Source: an uncultured Anaerolineaceae bacterium (GTDB lineage: Bacteria; Chloroflexota; Limnocylindria; Limnocylindrales; CSP1-4). From it: a DNA stretch of 59,742 bases. Below, piece by piece: positions 18,303 to 27,297 of the stretch. Within the stretch, counting starts at the first letter, position 1. Each line of letters starts with the position of its first letter. The DNA lies in assembly GCA_964475245.1 (NCBI GenBank), contig CAYYVV010000013.1:1-59742 (forward strand), given 5' to 3'. Under the pieces are notes generated by a model that saw only the letters and a program-made list of their open reading frames with translations, did no database searches and had not been told where the DNA came from. A program made the position numbers and the translations under genes.

Positions 18303-19772
18303 ATGTCGGACGCCTGGATCTACACACTCGTCTTCTTCAGCTGGCTGGCCGGCGCGGCCGCGTTCGTGCTCGGCCTGCACCAGATGAACAGCCCGGCCAC
18401 GGCGCGCCGCGGCAACCAGCTCAGCGCGGCCGGCATGGCCCTGGCCGTGATCGTCACCTTCCTGTGGCTGCTGACGCCCGGTAACGCGATCCATGCCGGG
18501 GGCATGAGCCTGACCGCCATCGCGATCATCGTCGTCGGCTTCGTGCTGGGCGGCGGTATCGGGCTGTACATGGCGCGCAAGGTCGCCATGACCGCCATGC
18601 CGCAGCTCGTCTCGCTGTTCAACGCAGTCGGCGGAGGGGCGGCCGCCCTGGTCGCAATCGACGACTTCGTGCGCATCGCGGGCCAGCCTGAGCTGACCGT
18701 TTCCACCTCGATCTTCGTGGTCCTGGGCGCCGCAATCGGCAGCGTGACCTTCTCGGGTTCGCTGATCGCTTCGGGCAAGCTCCAGGGCCTCATCCCGGGC
18801 CAGCCGATCATCTTCCCGGGCTCACGCCTGGTCACCGCGCTCACCGCGCTGATCGTCGCCGTCGGGCTCGTGGTGCTCGTTCTTGCCTCGGCGGGCGCGG
18901 TCGTCCTCACCTCGGACGTTCAGCTTCTGGTCCTGGGCCTCGTCGTCCTGTCGGCGCTGACATTCGGCATCACGCTCGTGCTGCCCATCGGCGGCGCGGA
19001 CATGCCCGTCGTCATCTCGCTCTTGAACTCGTTCACCGGCACGGCCGCGGCCATGGCCGGCTTCGTCATCGGCAACCCTGTGCTGATCATCGCCGGCGCG
19101 CTCGTCGGCGCCTCGGGCGCGATCCTGACCAAGCTCATGGCCGACGCCATGAACCGCTCGATCGCGAACATCATGGTCGGTGGCTTCGGGACCGGTGATG
19201 CAGCGGCAGGCTCCGCAACCGGCGCGGGCGCGTCAGGCGGCACCATCCGCGAGGTCAGCCTCGACGATGCCGCAATCCAGCTCGCCTACGCCCAGAAGGT
19301 GATCATCGTCCCCGGCTACGGCCTGGCCGTGGCCCAGGCGCAGCACGCCTGCCGCGAGCTCGGTGACCTGCTCGAGGCGCGTGGGGTCGAGGTCTCGTAC
19401 GCCATCCATCCGGTGGCCGGCCGGATGCCGGGCCACATGAACGTGCTGCTGGCCGAGGCCAACGTGCCCTACCCGCAGCTCAAGGAGATGGAGGAGATCA
19501 ACCCCGAGTTCGATCGGACCGACGTTGCCCTCGTGGTGGGTGCGAACGACGTCACCAACCCGGCGGCGCGATCGAACCCGCAGAGCCCGATCTACGGCAT
19601 GCCCATCCTCGATGTCGACCATGCGCGGTCGATCATCGTCATGAAGCGCTCGATGCGGCCCGGTTATGCGGGCATCGACAACGAGCTGTACGCCAACCCC
19701 AAGACGGGCATGCTCTTCGCCGACGCGAAGGACGGCCTGACCCAGCTGGTCGCCGCGGTCAAGGAGCTCTAG
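18303..19772 (+). CDS. pntB: NAD(P) transhydrogenase subunit beta
   Basis: MTAMPQLVSLFNAVGGGAA, IGGADMPVVISLLNS, VPGYGLAVAQAQ, HPVAGRMPGHMNVLLAEA and GANDVTNP. Confidence 0.96.
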   Translation: MSDAWIYTLVFFSWLAGAAAFVLGLHQMNSPATARRGNQLSAAGMALAVIVTFLWLLTPGNAIHAGGMSLTAIAIIVVGFVLGGGIGLYMARKVAMTAMPQLVSLFNAVGGGAAALVAIDDFVRIAGQPELTVSTSIFVVLGAAIGSVTFSGSLIASGKLQGLIPGQPIIFPGSRLVTALTALIVAVGLVVLVLASAGAVVLTSDVQLLVLGLVVLSALTFGITLVLPIGGADMPVVISLLNSFTGTAAAMAGFVIGNPVLIIAGALVGASGAILTKLMADAMNRSIANIMVGGFGTGDAAAGSATGAGASGGTIREVSLDDAAIQLAYAQKVIIVPGYGLAVAQAQHACRELGDLLEARGVEVSYAIHPVAGRMPGHMNVLLAEANVPYPQLKEMEEINPEFDRTDVALVVGANDVTNPAARSNPQSPIYGMPILDVDHARSIIVMKRSMRPGYAGIDNELYANPKTGMLFADAKDGLTQLVAAVKEL

Positions 19773-19807
19773 CAGGAGCGACCGCCAAATCCGACCCCGC
19801 CGCGGGG

Positions 19808-19840
19808 AACCGGCCCGGAAACGGGCCGGTTTCTTCGTTC
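19808..19840 (+). terminator. Rho-independent terminator of the pnt operon
   Basis: AACCGGCCCG-gaaa-CGGGCCGGTT, a perfect 10-bp stem, followed by TCTTCGTTC. Confidence 0.75.
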
Positions 19841-19865
19841 CCGCAGAGACCTATCCTGTCGCCTG

Positions 19866-21818
19866 ATGCTGAGCGGAATGCGCATTGTTCGTGTGCTGCT
19901 TGTTGTCGGCCTGCTGTGCGGCCAGCTGTTGCTTTTCGCCGGTGCCGCCGCGGCCGCCGATATCAGCTCTGCCGGGCCACTGACGCACGTCCTGATCACG
20001 CCCGACCTGAACTGCCAGATCGCCCACGCGGCGGATGTCGATTACGAGTTCTACGCGAGCGACGACCCGACCGGCTCGTGCGGCACGTTCCTGTTCGTCG
20101 GCGGCAGCCTGTATGGGCCGGCTGTCGTGTCGTCGGGCGCGTTCCCGGTCGACATCACGCCGTGGACGAGTGCCGGCCAGTCGGCCGTGGCCGGCAGTGG
20201 CTCTGCCGCGGATCCATTGAGTGTGGTCACGACGGTCGATGCCGCCGGGACCGGCCTGCGCGTCGAGCAGACCGACAGCTATGTACTTGGGACGCAGGTC
20301 TACCGCACGGACATCAAGGTCACCAACGGCGGCCCCGTGGCCCAGACGGGGACTCTCTACCACGCCGGCGACTGCTTCCTCCAGGAATCTGACACGGGCT
20401 TCGGACGCGTCGACGACGGAGCGCCATCGTGCGTCGTGACCAAGGACCCGGGGTCGCGCGTCGAGCAGTTCAAGCCACTGACGGCTGGCAGCAGCTACAT
20501 GGAGGGCGTCTACTCGGACGTATATTTCGCCATCAACGGACAGGCGCTCCCGAACACCTGCGCATGTGACTTCGCGCTCGACAACGGCGCCGGGCTGTCG
20601 TGGCCCGTCAATCTCGCGCCCGGCCAGTCACAGACCTACTCGCTCCAGACCCTCCTGTCGCCGACGGGTCTTGCGCCGGTCGTCCGGAGCTTCGTTTCGT
20701 CCGTGCCCGATCCGACGCAGATCACCCTCGACCCGGTCGTCGTTGGCGTGTCGGTGGCCATCACGGCCGGCGTGGTCCTGCTCGTGCCGTTCCCCTCGGC
20801 GCTGTTCAACAGCACGCTCGAGGACAACTACGACGCGGTCATGGCCGGCATCGGCAGGGTCCGCCGCAAGTTGCGCGACTGGTGGCTGCGCTTTCTCGCC
20901 TGGCTGCGCGCCGAGGTCGCGCGCCGGCGCCAGCCACCGACGATCACGCTTCCGCCGACTGCGAACGGTCCGGCACCCGAGGCTGCCGTTGAAGCCACCG
21001 CGCCCAGTTCTCCGCTGCCGACCGCTCCAGGCCAGCCGGTCGGCGATGTCTGGCGCACCCCGCTCGGCATCCTGGGCTTCGTCGGCATATCCGCGCTGTG
21101 CTATTCGTTCCTCGATCCCACATTCGGCATCAGCCTCACGTCGCTGGCCTCCCTCGTCGGCCTCGCCGTTGGGCTGCTGATCATCCTCATCGCCTATGGG
21201 CTGCCGCTCTTCTACTTCTCGCGCAATCAACGCATCCCGTTGACCGTTCGAGCCCTACCGGCATCGCTGATCATCGCGCTCGTGTGCGTGCTGGTCAGCC
21301 GGATCGCGAACTTCCAGCCCGGATACCTGTACGGGCTGGTCGTCGGCTTCTTCTTCGCACACGAGCTGACGCCACAGATCGAGGGCAAGGCCGAGGCGTG
21401 GGCCGCCGGCACGTCACTTGGCGCGGCGTTCGTCGCGTGGGTGTTGCTGGCTTTCATTCGCGGCGGAGCCGCTGGCGGCGACCCGACCACCAACGCTTTG
21501 CTCCAGTCGGCCACGGTGACTGTTGTTGTCGCGGGCATCGAGAACGCCGTTTTCGCGATGCTGCCGATGCGCTTCCTGCCCGGTGCCGCGGTGTACAAGT
21601 GGAACCGTATCGTCTGGATCGCGCTTCTCGGCCTCGGCATCTTCGCTTTTGCCCACGTGCTTCTCGATCCGTCGGCCGGCGCCGGATACCTGTCAGATAC
21701 CACGCGCACGCCGTTCGTCACGCTGATTGCGCTTCTCGTGCTATTCGGCATCGCGTCGGTTGCGTTCTGGGCGTATTTCAGGTTCCGGCCTTCGCCACGC
21801 CACGAGGAAGCGCTGTGA
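19866..21818 (+). CDS. Signal-peptide protein with Cys-containing extracellular domain and C-terminal multi-TM domain (FGLLP-motif membrane protein-like)
   Basis: Signal peptide ending AAAAAA, extracellular domain (NTCACDFALDNGAGLSW), then about 8 TM segments with AYGLP, FQPGYLYG and FAMLPMRFLPG. Confidence 0.7.
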   Translation: MLSGMRIVRVLLVVGLLCGQLLLFAGAAAAADISSAGPLTHVLITPDLNCQIAHAADVDYEFYASDDPTGSCGTFLFVGGSLYGPAVVSSGAFPVDITPWTSAGQSAVAGSGSAADPLSVVTTVDAAGTGLRVEQTDSYVLGTQVYRTDIKVTNGGPVAQTGTLYHAGDCFLQESDTGFGRVDDGAPSCVVTKDPGSRVEQFKPLTAGSSYMEGVYSDVYFAINGQALPNTCACDFALDNGAGLSWPVNLAPGQSQTYSLQTLLSPTGLAPVVRSFVSSVPDPTQITLDPVVVGVSVAITAGVVLLVPFPSALFNSTLEDNYDAVMAGIGRVRRKLRDWWLRFLAWLRAEVARRRQPPTITLPPTANGPAPEAAVEATAPSSPLPTAPGQPVGDVWRTPLGILGFVGISALCYSFLDPTFGISLTSLASLVGLAVGLLIILIAYGLPLFYFSRNQRIPLTVRALPASLIIALVCVLVSRIANFQPGYLYGLVVGFFFAHELTPQIEGKAEAWAAGTSLGAAFVAWVLLAFIRGGAAGGDPTTNALLQSATVTVVVAGIENAVFAMLPMRFLPGAAVYKWNRIVWIALLGLGIFAFAHVLLDPSAGAGYLSDTTRTPFVTLIALLVLFGIASVAFWAYFRFRPSPRHEEAL

Positions 21819-22228
21819 ACGATCGCGTCGAGCTCCAAGCTGAGGTTGCGGCGCCGCGCGATCTTGTCTTCCCCCTGCTGGCGACGGCCGACGGCCTGCG
21901 CCGTTGGCTCGACGCGGCAACGCTGGACGCGCGGGTCGGCGGGGAGCTGCGGGCAACATTGAGGGACGCGCAGGCCGTCGGCCGCATCCTGGCCCTCGAT
22001 CCGCCACAGCACATCAGCTTCACCTGGGACTGGCTGGAGCGGCCGCTCGGCGCGGCCAGTGTCGTCGCCTTCGACGCGATCGACCACGGTGCACGGACGT
22101 GGGTCACGCTGCGCCACGTCGGACTGCCGCCAGACCAGGTCGATATCCACGACCAGATGTGGCGCTACTGGCTGGCCCGGTTCAACGAGGCCTGTCGCAC
22201 CCTGCTCGCGCGCGTTCAGCCGGAATAA
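21815..22228 (+). CDS. SRPBCC/AHSA1-domain protein
   Basis: GTG overlaps the upstream TGA. Motifs APRDLVF..L...GLRRW, DARVGG, LDPP..ISFTW, TWVTLRH and W.YWL..F. Confidence 0.8.
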   Translation: MNDRVELQAEVAAPRDLVFPLLATADGLRRWLDAATLDARVGGELRATLRDAQAVGRILALDPPQHISFTWDWLERPLGAASVVAFDAIDHGARTWVTLRHVGLPPDQVDIHDQMWRYWLARFNEACRTLLARVQPE

Positions 22229-22282
22229 TGCCGGCTCTGGGTCACATCCACCGCGGACGGTCTGCTTTCAGCGTTCGCTGCT

Positions 22283-22738
22283 GTGCCTAAGTCTCAGTTG
22301 CTAGCCGTACCATCCGTTGCGGTCACTGTCGCGCTTGCCGTCATCTGTTCGGCTTGCTCTTTCGCGGGCAATCCAACGATCGACTCGCGAACGCCGTACC
22401 CCGCCAAGTCTGGTGACAAAGTCCTGCAACTGTCGACGGAGCCTCCGGCTACACCGCCTCCGTCTGGAGTGAATTTCGCGTGCCCGGCTACATCCTTTGG
22501 GTCGATCACTATGCTCTTTGACGGAACGGACGTTGCATTCGTACAAGGGGCCACTCAGAAGCAGGTACCTTTTGTGTGGCCTCGCGGCTTCTCGCTCGTT
22601 CAGCGCGCGGCGGTCGCGTTGTTGTTTGCTCCAGACGGGACAACGGTGTTCCAATCGGGACAATCTCGCGACGACATCGGATCGAGCGGCTTTGACGTCT
22701 GCCTAGTCGGAGGGACCTTCTACCCGCCGTCCCAGTAG
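22283..22738 (+). CDS. Hypothetical lipoprotein (lower-GC islet)
   Basis: Hydrophobic N-terminus with SAC lipobox-like site, two further Cys and a VWPRGF motif. Codons are A/T-richer than in the neighbours. Confidence 0.55.
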   Translation: MPKSQLLAVPSVAVTVALAVICSACSFAGNPTIDSRTPYPAKSGDKVLQLSTEPPATPPPSGVNFACPATSFGSITMLFDGTDVAFVQGATQKQVPFVWPRGFSLVQRAAVALLFAPDGTTVFQSGQSRDDIGSSGFDVCLVGGTFYPPSQ

Positions 22739-22796
22739 CCGTGCACGTGGGCAATCACCATTCGGTGCCTTCGGAGCCAGCCAGCACCAGGACCCT

Positions 22797-23792
22797 TCAT
22801 CGGTGGTAATGCTCGGCCGCGCGGGCGAGCTCTGAGGCGACGTCGGCACGGAGCGAGGCAGGCTCGAGGACTTCCGCGTCGGCGCCCCAGCCCATGATCC
22901 AGATCCTGATCTCGCGCATGCCGGCCACCTCGCCGCGCCAGATCAGTGAGCCGTCGGGCTGCTCCTCGAGCTCCTGACTCGGATGCCAGCGCGTCTCGGC
23001 CGCGCGCTTGGCGACCGCCGGCGAGAAGCGGATGACCACGCGCAGCGGCTCGTCGTCGGCGATCACGTCCCAGGCGCGCGCCAGCTCGGCGGCAGGGGAG
23101 TAGTCCTCCGGCGCCTCGAACGTATCCGGCGTCAGCGTCGCGGAAAGAATGCGCTCGACCTTGAACGTCCGCCGCGCCGCGCGGCCCTCGTCCCACGCGA
23201 GCAGGTACAGGGCGTGGGTCAGCGCCGAAGGCTCGATCGCCAGCGGGCGCACACGCGTCTTGCGCACGGGCTTGTCGGGGTCGTAGGCGCCCGCGTCGTA
23301 CTCGATCTCGACGACGCGTCGGTGCGCCCAACCCTCCGCGAGGACGCGGAAGACCTTCGTGAAGAGCGGGTTGGGCGGCGTGCGCGAGAAGACGTCGACT
23401 GTCGCCTCGATATGCGCCGCGAGCACAGGCGGCAGGACCTGGGCGAGCTTGACGAACGCGCCGATCAGCTCCGTGTCGTGCTCATCGCTGATCTTGGCCA
23501 GCAGCCGCGCGGCCAGGAAGAGCGTCGTCGCCTCATGGAGCGTCAGTGCCAGCGGCTGGAGAAACGCCTCGCGCTCCAGTCCGAACTTGCCACCGTCCTG
23601 CCAGATGGGCAGGCCCGCGTCGGAGTCCATCGACATCAGGTCGCGGTAGACGGTGCGCTTGGAGACGCCGATCCGATCGGCCAGATCCTGCGCCGACAGA
23701 CCATCGGCGTGGTCGTTGAGCAGCATCGCGATGCGCAGGTAGCGCGCCGCCTTGTCCCACTTCGCTCCGCCGCGGTCGGCGATGGTGTTCAT
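22797..23792 (-). CDS. WYL-domain transcriptional regulator (HTH-WYL-WCX; PafB/PafC/DriD-like)
   Basis: N-terminal HTH (LSAQDLADRIGVSKRTVYRDL), ALYLLAW (WYL equivalent), RTFKVERI and WIMGWG..AEVLEP. Confidence 0.92.
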   Translation of the reverse strand: MNTIADRGGAKWDKAARYLRIAMLLNDHADGLSAQDLADRIGVSKRTVYRDLMSMDSDAGLPIWQDGGKFGLEREAFLQPLALTLHEATTLFLAARLLAKISDEHDTELIGAFVKLAQVLPPVLAAHIEATVDVFSRTPPNPLFTKVFRVLAEGWAHRRVVEIEYDAGAYDPDKPVRKTRVRPLAIEPSALTHALYLLAWDEGRAARRTFKVERILSATLTPDTFEAPEDYSPAAELARAWDVIADDEPLRVVIRFSPAVAKRAAETRWHPSQELEEQPDGSLIWRGEVAGMREIRIWIMGWGADAEVLEPASLRADVASELARAAEHYHR

Positions 23793-23814
23793 GACGTCAA
23801 GTTAGCATCGGGCT
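23793..23814. promoter_or_regulatory. Overlapping back-to-back -10 boxes of two leaderless promoters
   Basis: TAACTT (minus, 23799-804) lies 6 nt before the WYL ATG and TAGCAT (plus, 23803-08) lies 6 nt before the SAM hydrolase ATG. Confidence 0.6.
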
Positions 23815-24765
23815 ATGAGCCGGCGAATGACGTGGGTCGTGACCACCCCGGCCGCGGCGCGCATCCCGCGCTCCCAGAACCGGCCGTTCGTGAGCATGCT
23901 CACCGATTGGGGCGCGCGGGATCCGTCGGCCGCGATCTGCCACGGCGTCGTGCTCTCGATCGTGCCTGAAGCGCTGATCGTCGACATCAGCCACGAGATC
24001 GAGAAATACAACATCCGCCACGGGGCGCTGATGCTGTGGTGCGCCCTGCCGTTCCTGCCCATCGGTGCGCACATGGCCGTCGTTGACCCGGGCGTGGGCA
24101 CGACCCGCCGGCCGATCGCGATCGAGGTCGCCCGGGGTGACATCCTCGTCGGGCCTGACAACGGACTGCTCCTGCCGGGCGCCGACCGGCTGGGCGGGAT
24201 CATGCGCGTCCACGTGATCGACAACATCCAGTACCGCCTGCCGGTGCTGACCTCGACTTTCCACGGGCGTGACCTTTTCGCTCCGGCCGCCGCACATCTC
24301 GCGCTGGGCGTACCGCTCGAGGCGCTTGGGCCCGAGCTGGACGCCAACGACCTGGTCACGATCGACTGGCCGCCCGTCGTCGTGCGCGAGAACGAGCTGG
24401 AGACGACTGTCATCTACCGCGACACATTCGGCAACCTCAAGCTCGCCGGGCTGACCGCGGACCTGCTCGCCGCTCTGCCGGGGATCGAGCACGGCGGCCG
24501 GGTCGAAGTGAACATCAGCGGCCGCAAGCGGCCGCTGATCATGCCCTGGGCGCCCACGTTCGGCGGAGTCGAGGCGGGCGGCTACCTGATCTTCGAGGAT
24601 TCGTACGGCAGGCTGTGCATTGCCCAGAACCAGGGCAATGCTTCAAAGTCGCTGAAGGTCAGGGAAGGTGCTGTGGTCACTGTCCGGCGTGCGCCCGAGC
24701 ATCTGACCGCGGGCACCGATGAAGACGAAGAGCCGGCCCAGATCGAGGCTCAGGCGGCCGAGTAG
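23815..24765 (+). CDS. SAM hydrolase / SAM hydroxide adenosyltransferase (DUF62 family)
   Basis: LTDWG, VVDPGVGTTRR (Asp, Arg), GPDNG, TFHGRD (His) and DTFGN give the Asp-Arg-His triad of the hydrolase branch. Confidence 0.88.
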   Translation: MSRRMTWVVTTPAAARIPRSQNRPFVSMLTDWGARDPSAAICHGVVLSIVPEALIVDISHEIEKYNIRHGALMLWCALPFLPIGAHMAVVDPGVGTTRRPIAIEVARGDILVGPDNGLLLPGADRLGGIMRVHVIDNIQYRLPVLTSTFHGRDLFAPAAAHLALGVPLEALGPELDANDLVTIDWPPVVVRENELETTVIYRDTFGNLKLAGLTADLLAALPGIEHGGRVEVNISGRKRPLIMPWAPTFGGVEAGGYLIFEDSYGRLCIAQNQGNASKSLKVREGAVVTVRRAPEHLTAGTDEDEEPAQIEAQAAE

Positions 24766-27149
24766 GCCTCGACCAGCTCGATCGGCGTCGGCTCGATCGG
24801 CGTCGGCTCGATCGGCGTCGGCTCGGTCGGCCGGAACTCGGTCGCCAGGGCAAGACCTTCAGCGGCCGTCGCGATCCTGTCGCGTCCGGCACGTTTCGCC
24901 GCGTAGCACGCGCGGTCGGCGGCGAGGATCACGCTGGCGGCGTCGTGGCCGTCCTTCGGATAGACCGCGATACCGACCGAGCAGGACACCTGGACGCGCG
25001 AATCGCCATCCTGGTTGAGTCCCGCGACTGCGGCGTGGATCTTGTCGGCAACGGTGCGCCCGCCGGCCAGACCGGTTGTCGGCAGCAGGACCGCGAACTC
25101 GTCACCGCCGAAGCGGAAGACGAGGTCGGACTCGCGACACGAGTCGTGCAACACGCCGGCGACGCGCTTGAGCATGTCATTGCCGGCCTGGTGGCCCAGG
25201 TGGTCGTTGTAATGCTTGAAGAAGTCCAGGTCGACCATGAGCATCGAGAAGCGCGTGCCCTGCGCGACCAGGCGGTCGATCTGCTGAGTGAGCGCGCCGT
25301 GGTTCCACAGCCCGGTCAGGTGGTCGGTCTCGGCGCGCAGCTCCACCGCACGATGCGCGGCGGCATTGCGCAGGGCGATCGAGACATGCGCCGCGAAGAG
25401 CTTGATGAGGTCGAACTCTTCGCTTGTGAACGCCGCGTTGGCGCCGAGCCGCTCGATCATCAGCGCACCCTGCGCGCCCTCGCCGCTGCGCAGCGGCGCA
25501 ACGATCATGGCGCCGGCGTGCAGGCCAAGCTCGCTGAAGGTCAGGACGCGCGGATCCTTCAGCTCATCCGAGACGAGCTGCGCCTCGCCGGTCCGCAGTG
25601 CATCGCCGCTGACGCCCGCGTCGTCCGGGGTGTCGATGGACATGAACTGGGTTGCGTCGACGCCGCGGGCAAAGATGGTGTGCAGCCGTCGCGTCGCAGG
25701 GTCATGGATGCTGACGACGATGTTGTCGACGTGGATCAGCGCCTGGAGCCGTTCGGCGATCTCCTCGAGCAGTGTCTGGGCATCGAGCGTGGTCAGGATC
25801 GACTCGGTCACCTTGAGCAGCTCACGCTGGCTGTTGAGCTGTCGGGTGAGGGCTTCCGACTGCGCGCGGAGCCGTTCGGTTGCATCGGCGTTGGCGACCG
25901 CCTGGGCGGCGATCGAGGCGTAGATCTCGAGGACGCGCAGGTCGTCGGGGCCAAACTGGTTCAGGCCCAGCTTGGCAAGGACGATGACGCCGATCACCTC
26001 GTCGTCGAAAAGCATCGGCGCGAGCAGGAGCGACTCGTCGGTGCCCTCGGTCGTGCCCGGAATGGTCTGCGTGCGCCGGTCGGCGTCAGCGTCGCCCAGC
26101 ATCTGGGCGATCCCATGACGGGCAACCCAGCCGGTGATTCCCTGGCCGACCTTGAGCCGAAGCTGCTCGCCGTTCTCGGTCTCGTACTCGCCGACCTCGC
26201 CGCGCCAGGCCACGGGCACGCAGTCCTCGCCCTCGACGCGATAGACGCGGATGTTGTGCGAGGCGATGAGCTGGTTGAGCTCGGTGCAGATCGTCTGCCC
26301 GATCTCGTTCACGGTGCGCAGGCGCGTCAGGCGCGTGCCGAGCTGCTGGATGGAGTGCAGCTGCGCCGCCCACGTTGCCATCCGGGTGTAGTTCTCGGCG
26401 TTGCGCACGATCGTCGCGCCCTGCTGGGCGATGCGCTCGAGGAGACTGAGGTCCTCGGGCGTCCATTCGTGGCGCTTGTCGTGATACAGCGTCAAGGCGC
26501 CCATCGGCTCGTCGTCGAAGCTGAGCGGCGCGACGGTGACCGTGTTGATGCCCTCGCGCAGGAATGCGCGGCGCAGCTCGAAGGCGCGCGGATCGTCCGC
26601 AACATCCTGTATCGATACGACGCGCCGCTGCTGAAAAGCGAGCGCCGCAACCGGCCGCGTCGTCGAATGCTCGATCGCCTGGCAGTAGTCGTCGGACAGG
26701 TTCACCCTGGCCTGGGCGCGGAACGTGCCGAGCGGGGTGCGCGTGAAGATCGCCGCCCGATCCGCACCGAACAGCTCAGCCGTTCGCTCGACGAGCCGGT
26801 GGAGCACTACGTTCGGGTCCAGCTGGTGGCCCAGCTCGGTGCTGATCGCGAGCAGAAGATCGGCATGACGCAGACGCCGCTCGGCCAGGGCATCAGTTGC
26901 GGCCCGTTGAGCAGGCCGGATCGCGGCGCGTGCGGCGCGCTGGCTCGGCTTCGCCTCGGCCGACTTCATGAAGCTCACGAGATCGCTGCGCCGGAAGCGT
27001 CGGTCGCCGCGGCGATTGATGCGCAGACAGCGCAGGACGCCCTGCTCGGTCCAGACACGCACCGTGTTGGGGTGCACGCCAAGCGTCCGGGCAGCCTCAC
27101 TGACTGTCAGGAAGTCTGTAGGACGGACAGCGTTCGTGGTCGTCTCCAG
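24750..27149 (-). CDS. HTH_17 (MerR/BldC-like) + three GAF domains + GGDEF diguanylate cyclase
   Basis: FLTVSEAARTLGVHPNTVRVWTEQG HTH, three GAF-type repeats, AETDHLTGLWN, DLDFFKHYNDHLGHQAGN, RESD (I-site) and GGDEF. Start extended from GTG 27077 to an in-frame CTG at 27149; the start is uncertain. Confidence 0.85.
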   Translation of the reverse strand: METTTNAVRPTDFLTVSEAARTLGVHPNTVRVWTEQGVLRCLRINRRGDRRFRRSDLVSFMKSAEAKPSQRAARAAIRPAQRAATDALAERRLRHADLLLAISTELGHQLDPNVVLHRLVERTAELFGADRAAIFTRTPLGTFRAQARVNLSDDYCQAIEHSTTRPVAALAFQQRRVVSIQDVADDPRAFELRRAFLREGINTVTVAPLSFDDEPMGALTLYHDKRHEWTPEDLSLLERIAQQGATIVRNAENYTRMATWAAQLHSIQQLGTRLTRLRTVNEIGQTICTELNQLIASHNIRVYRVEGEDCVPVAWRGEVGEYETENGEQLRLKVGQGITGWVARHGIAQMLGDADADRRTQTIPGTTEGTDESLLLAPMLFDDEVIGVIVLAKLGLNQFGPDDLRVLEIYASIAAQAVANADATERLRAQSEALTRQLNSQRELLKVTESILTTLDAQTLLEEIAERLQALIHVDNIVVSIHDPATRRLHTIFARGVDATQFMSIDTPDDAGVSGDALRTGEAQLVSDELKDPRVLTFSELGLHAGAMIVAPLRSGEGAQGALMIERLGANAAFTSEEFDLIKLFAAHVSIALRNAAAHRAVELRAETDHLTGLWNHGALTQQIDRLVAQGTRFSMLMVDLDFFKHYNDHLGHQAGNDMLKRVAGVLHDSCRESDLVFRFGGDEFAVLLPTTGLAGGRTVADKIHAAVAGLNQDGDSRVQVSCSVGIAVYPKDGHDAASVILAADRACYAAKRAGRDRIATAAEGLALATEFRPTEPTPIEPTPIEPTPIELVEAYSAA
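24778..24822. repeat. 15-bp tandem repeat x3 encoding EPTPI at the DGC C-terminus
   Basis: TCGATCGGCGTCGGC in three perfect copies. Confidence 0.9.
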
Positions 27150-27297
27150 GCAGTAGGAATTGGTAAGTGACGTCTATGTGTGACCGATGCCGCGAGGCTA
27201 CTTCGCGCCTCTGCCGGTATCAGTGACTCAAAGGTCCCAACCCCCCTCAACCCTCCGGCTGCGACCTACCTCCTGTTGCACATTCAGGTGTGCCGGC

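Noticed and set aside
23815-24765. Fluorinase/chlorinase
   Set aside because: It has the TFHGRD His and the D-x6-R pair of the SAM hydrolase branch. Halogenases have Tyr-type motifs at this site.
27000-27149. Excisionase indicating a prophage or ICE
   Set aside because: The HTH_17 is fused in frame to GAF-GGDEF, and no integrase, att site or phage genes are nearby.
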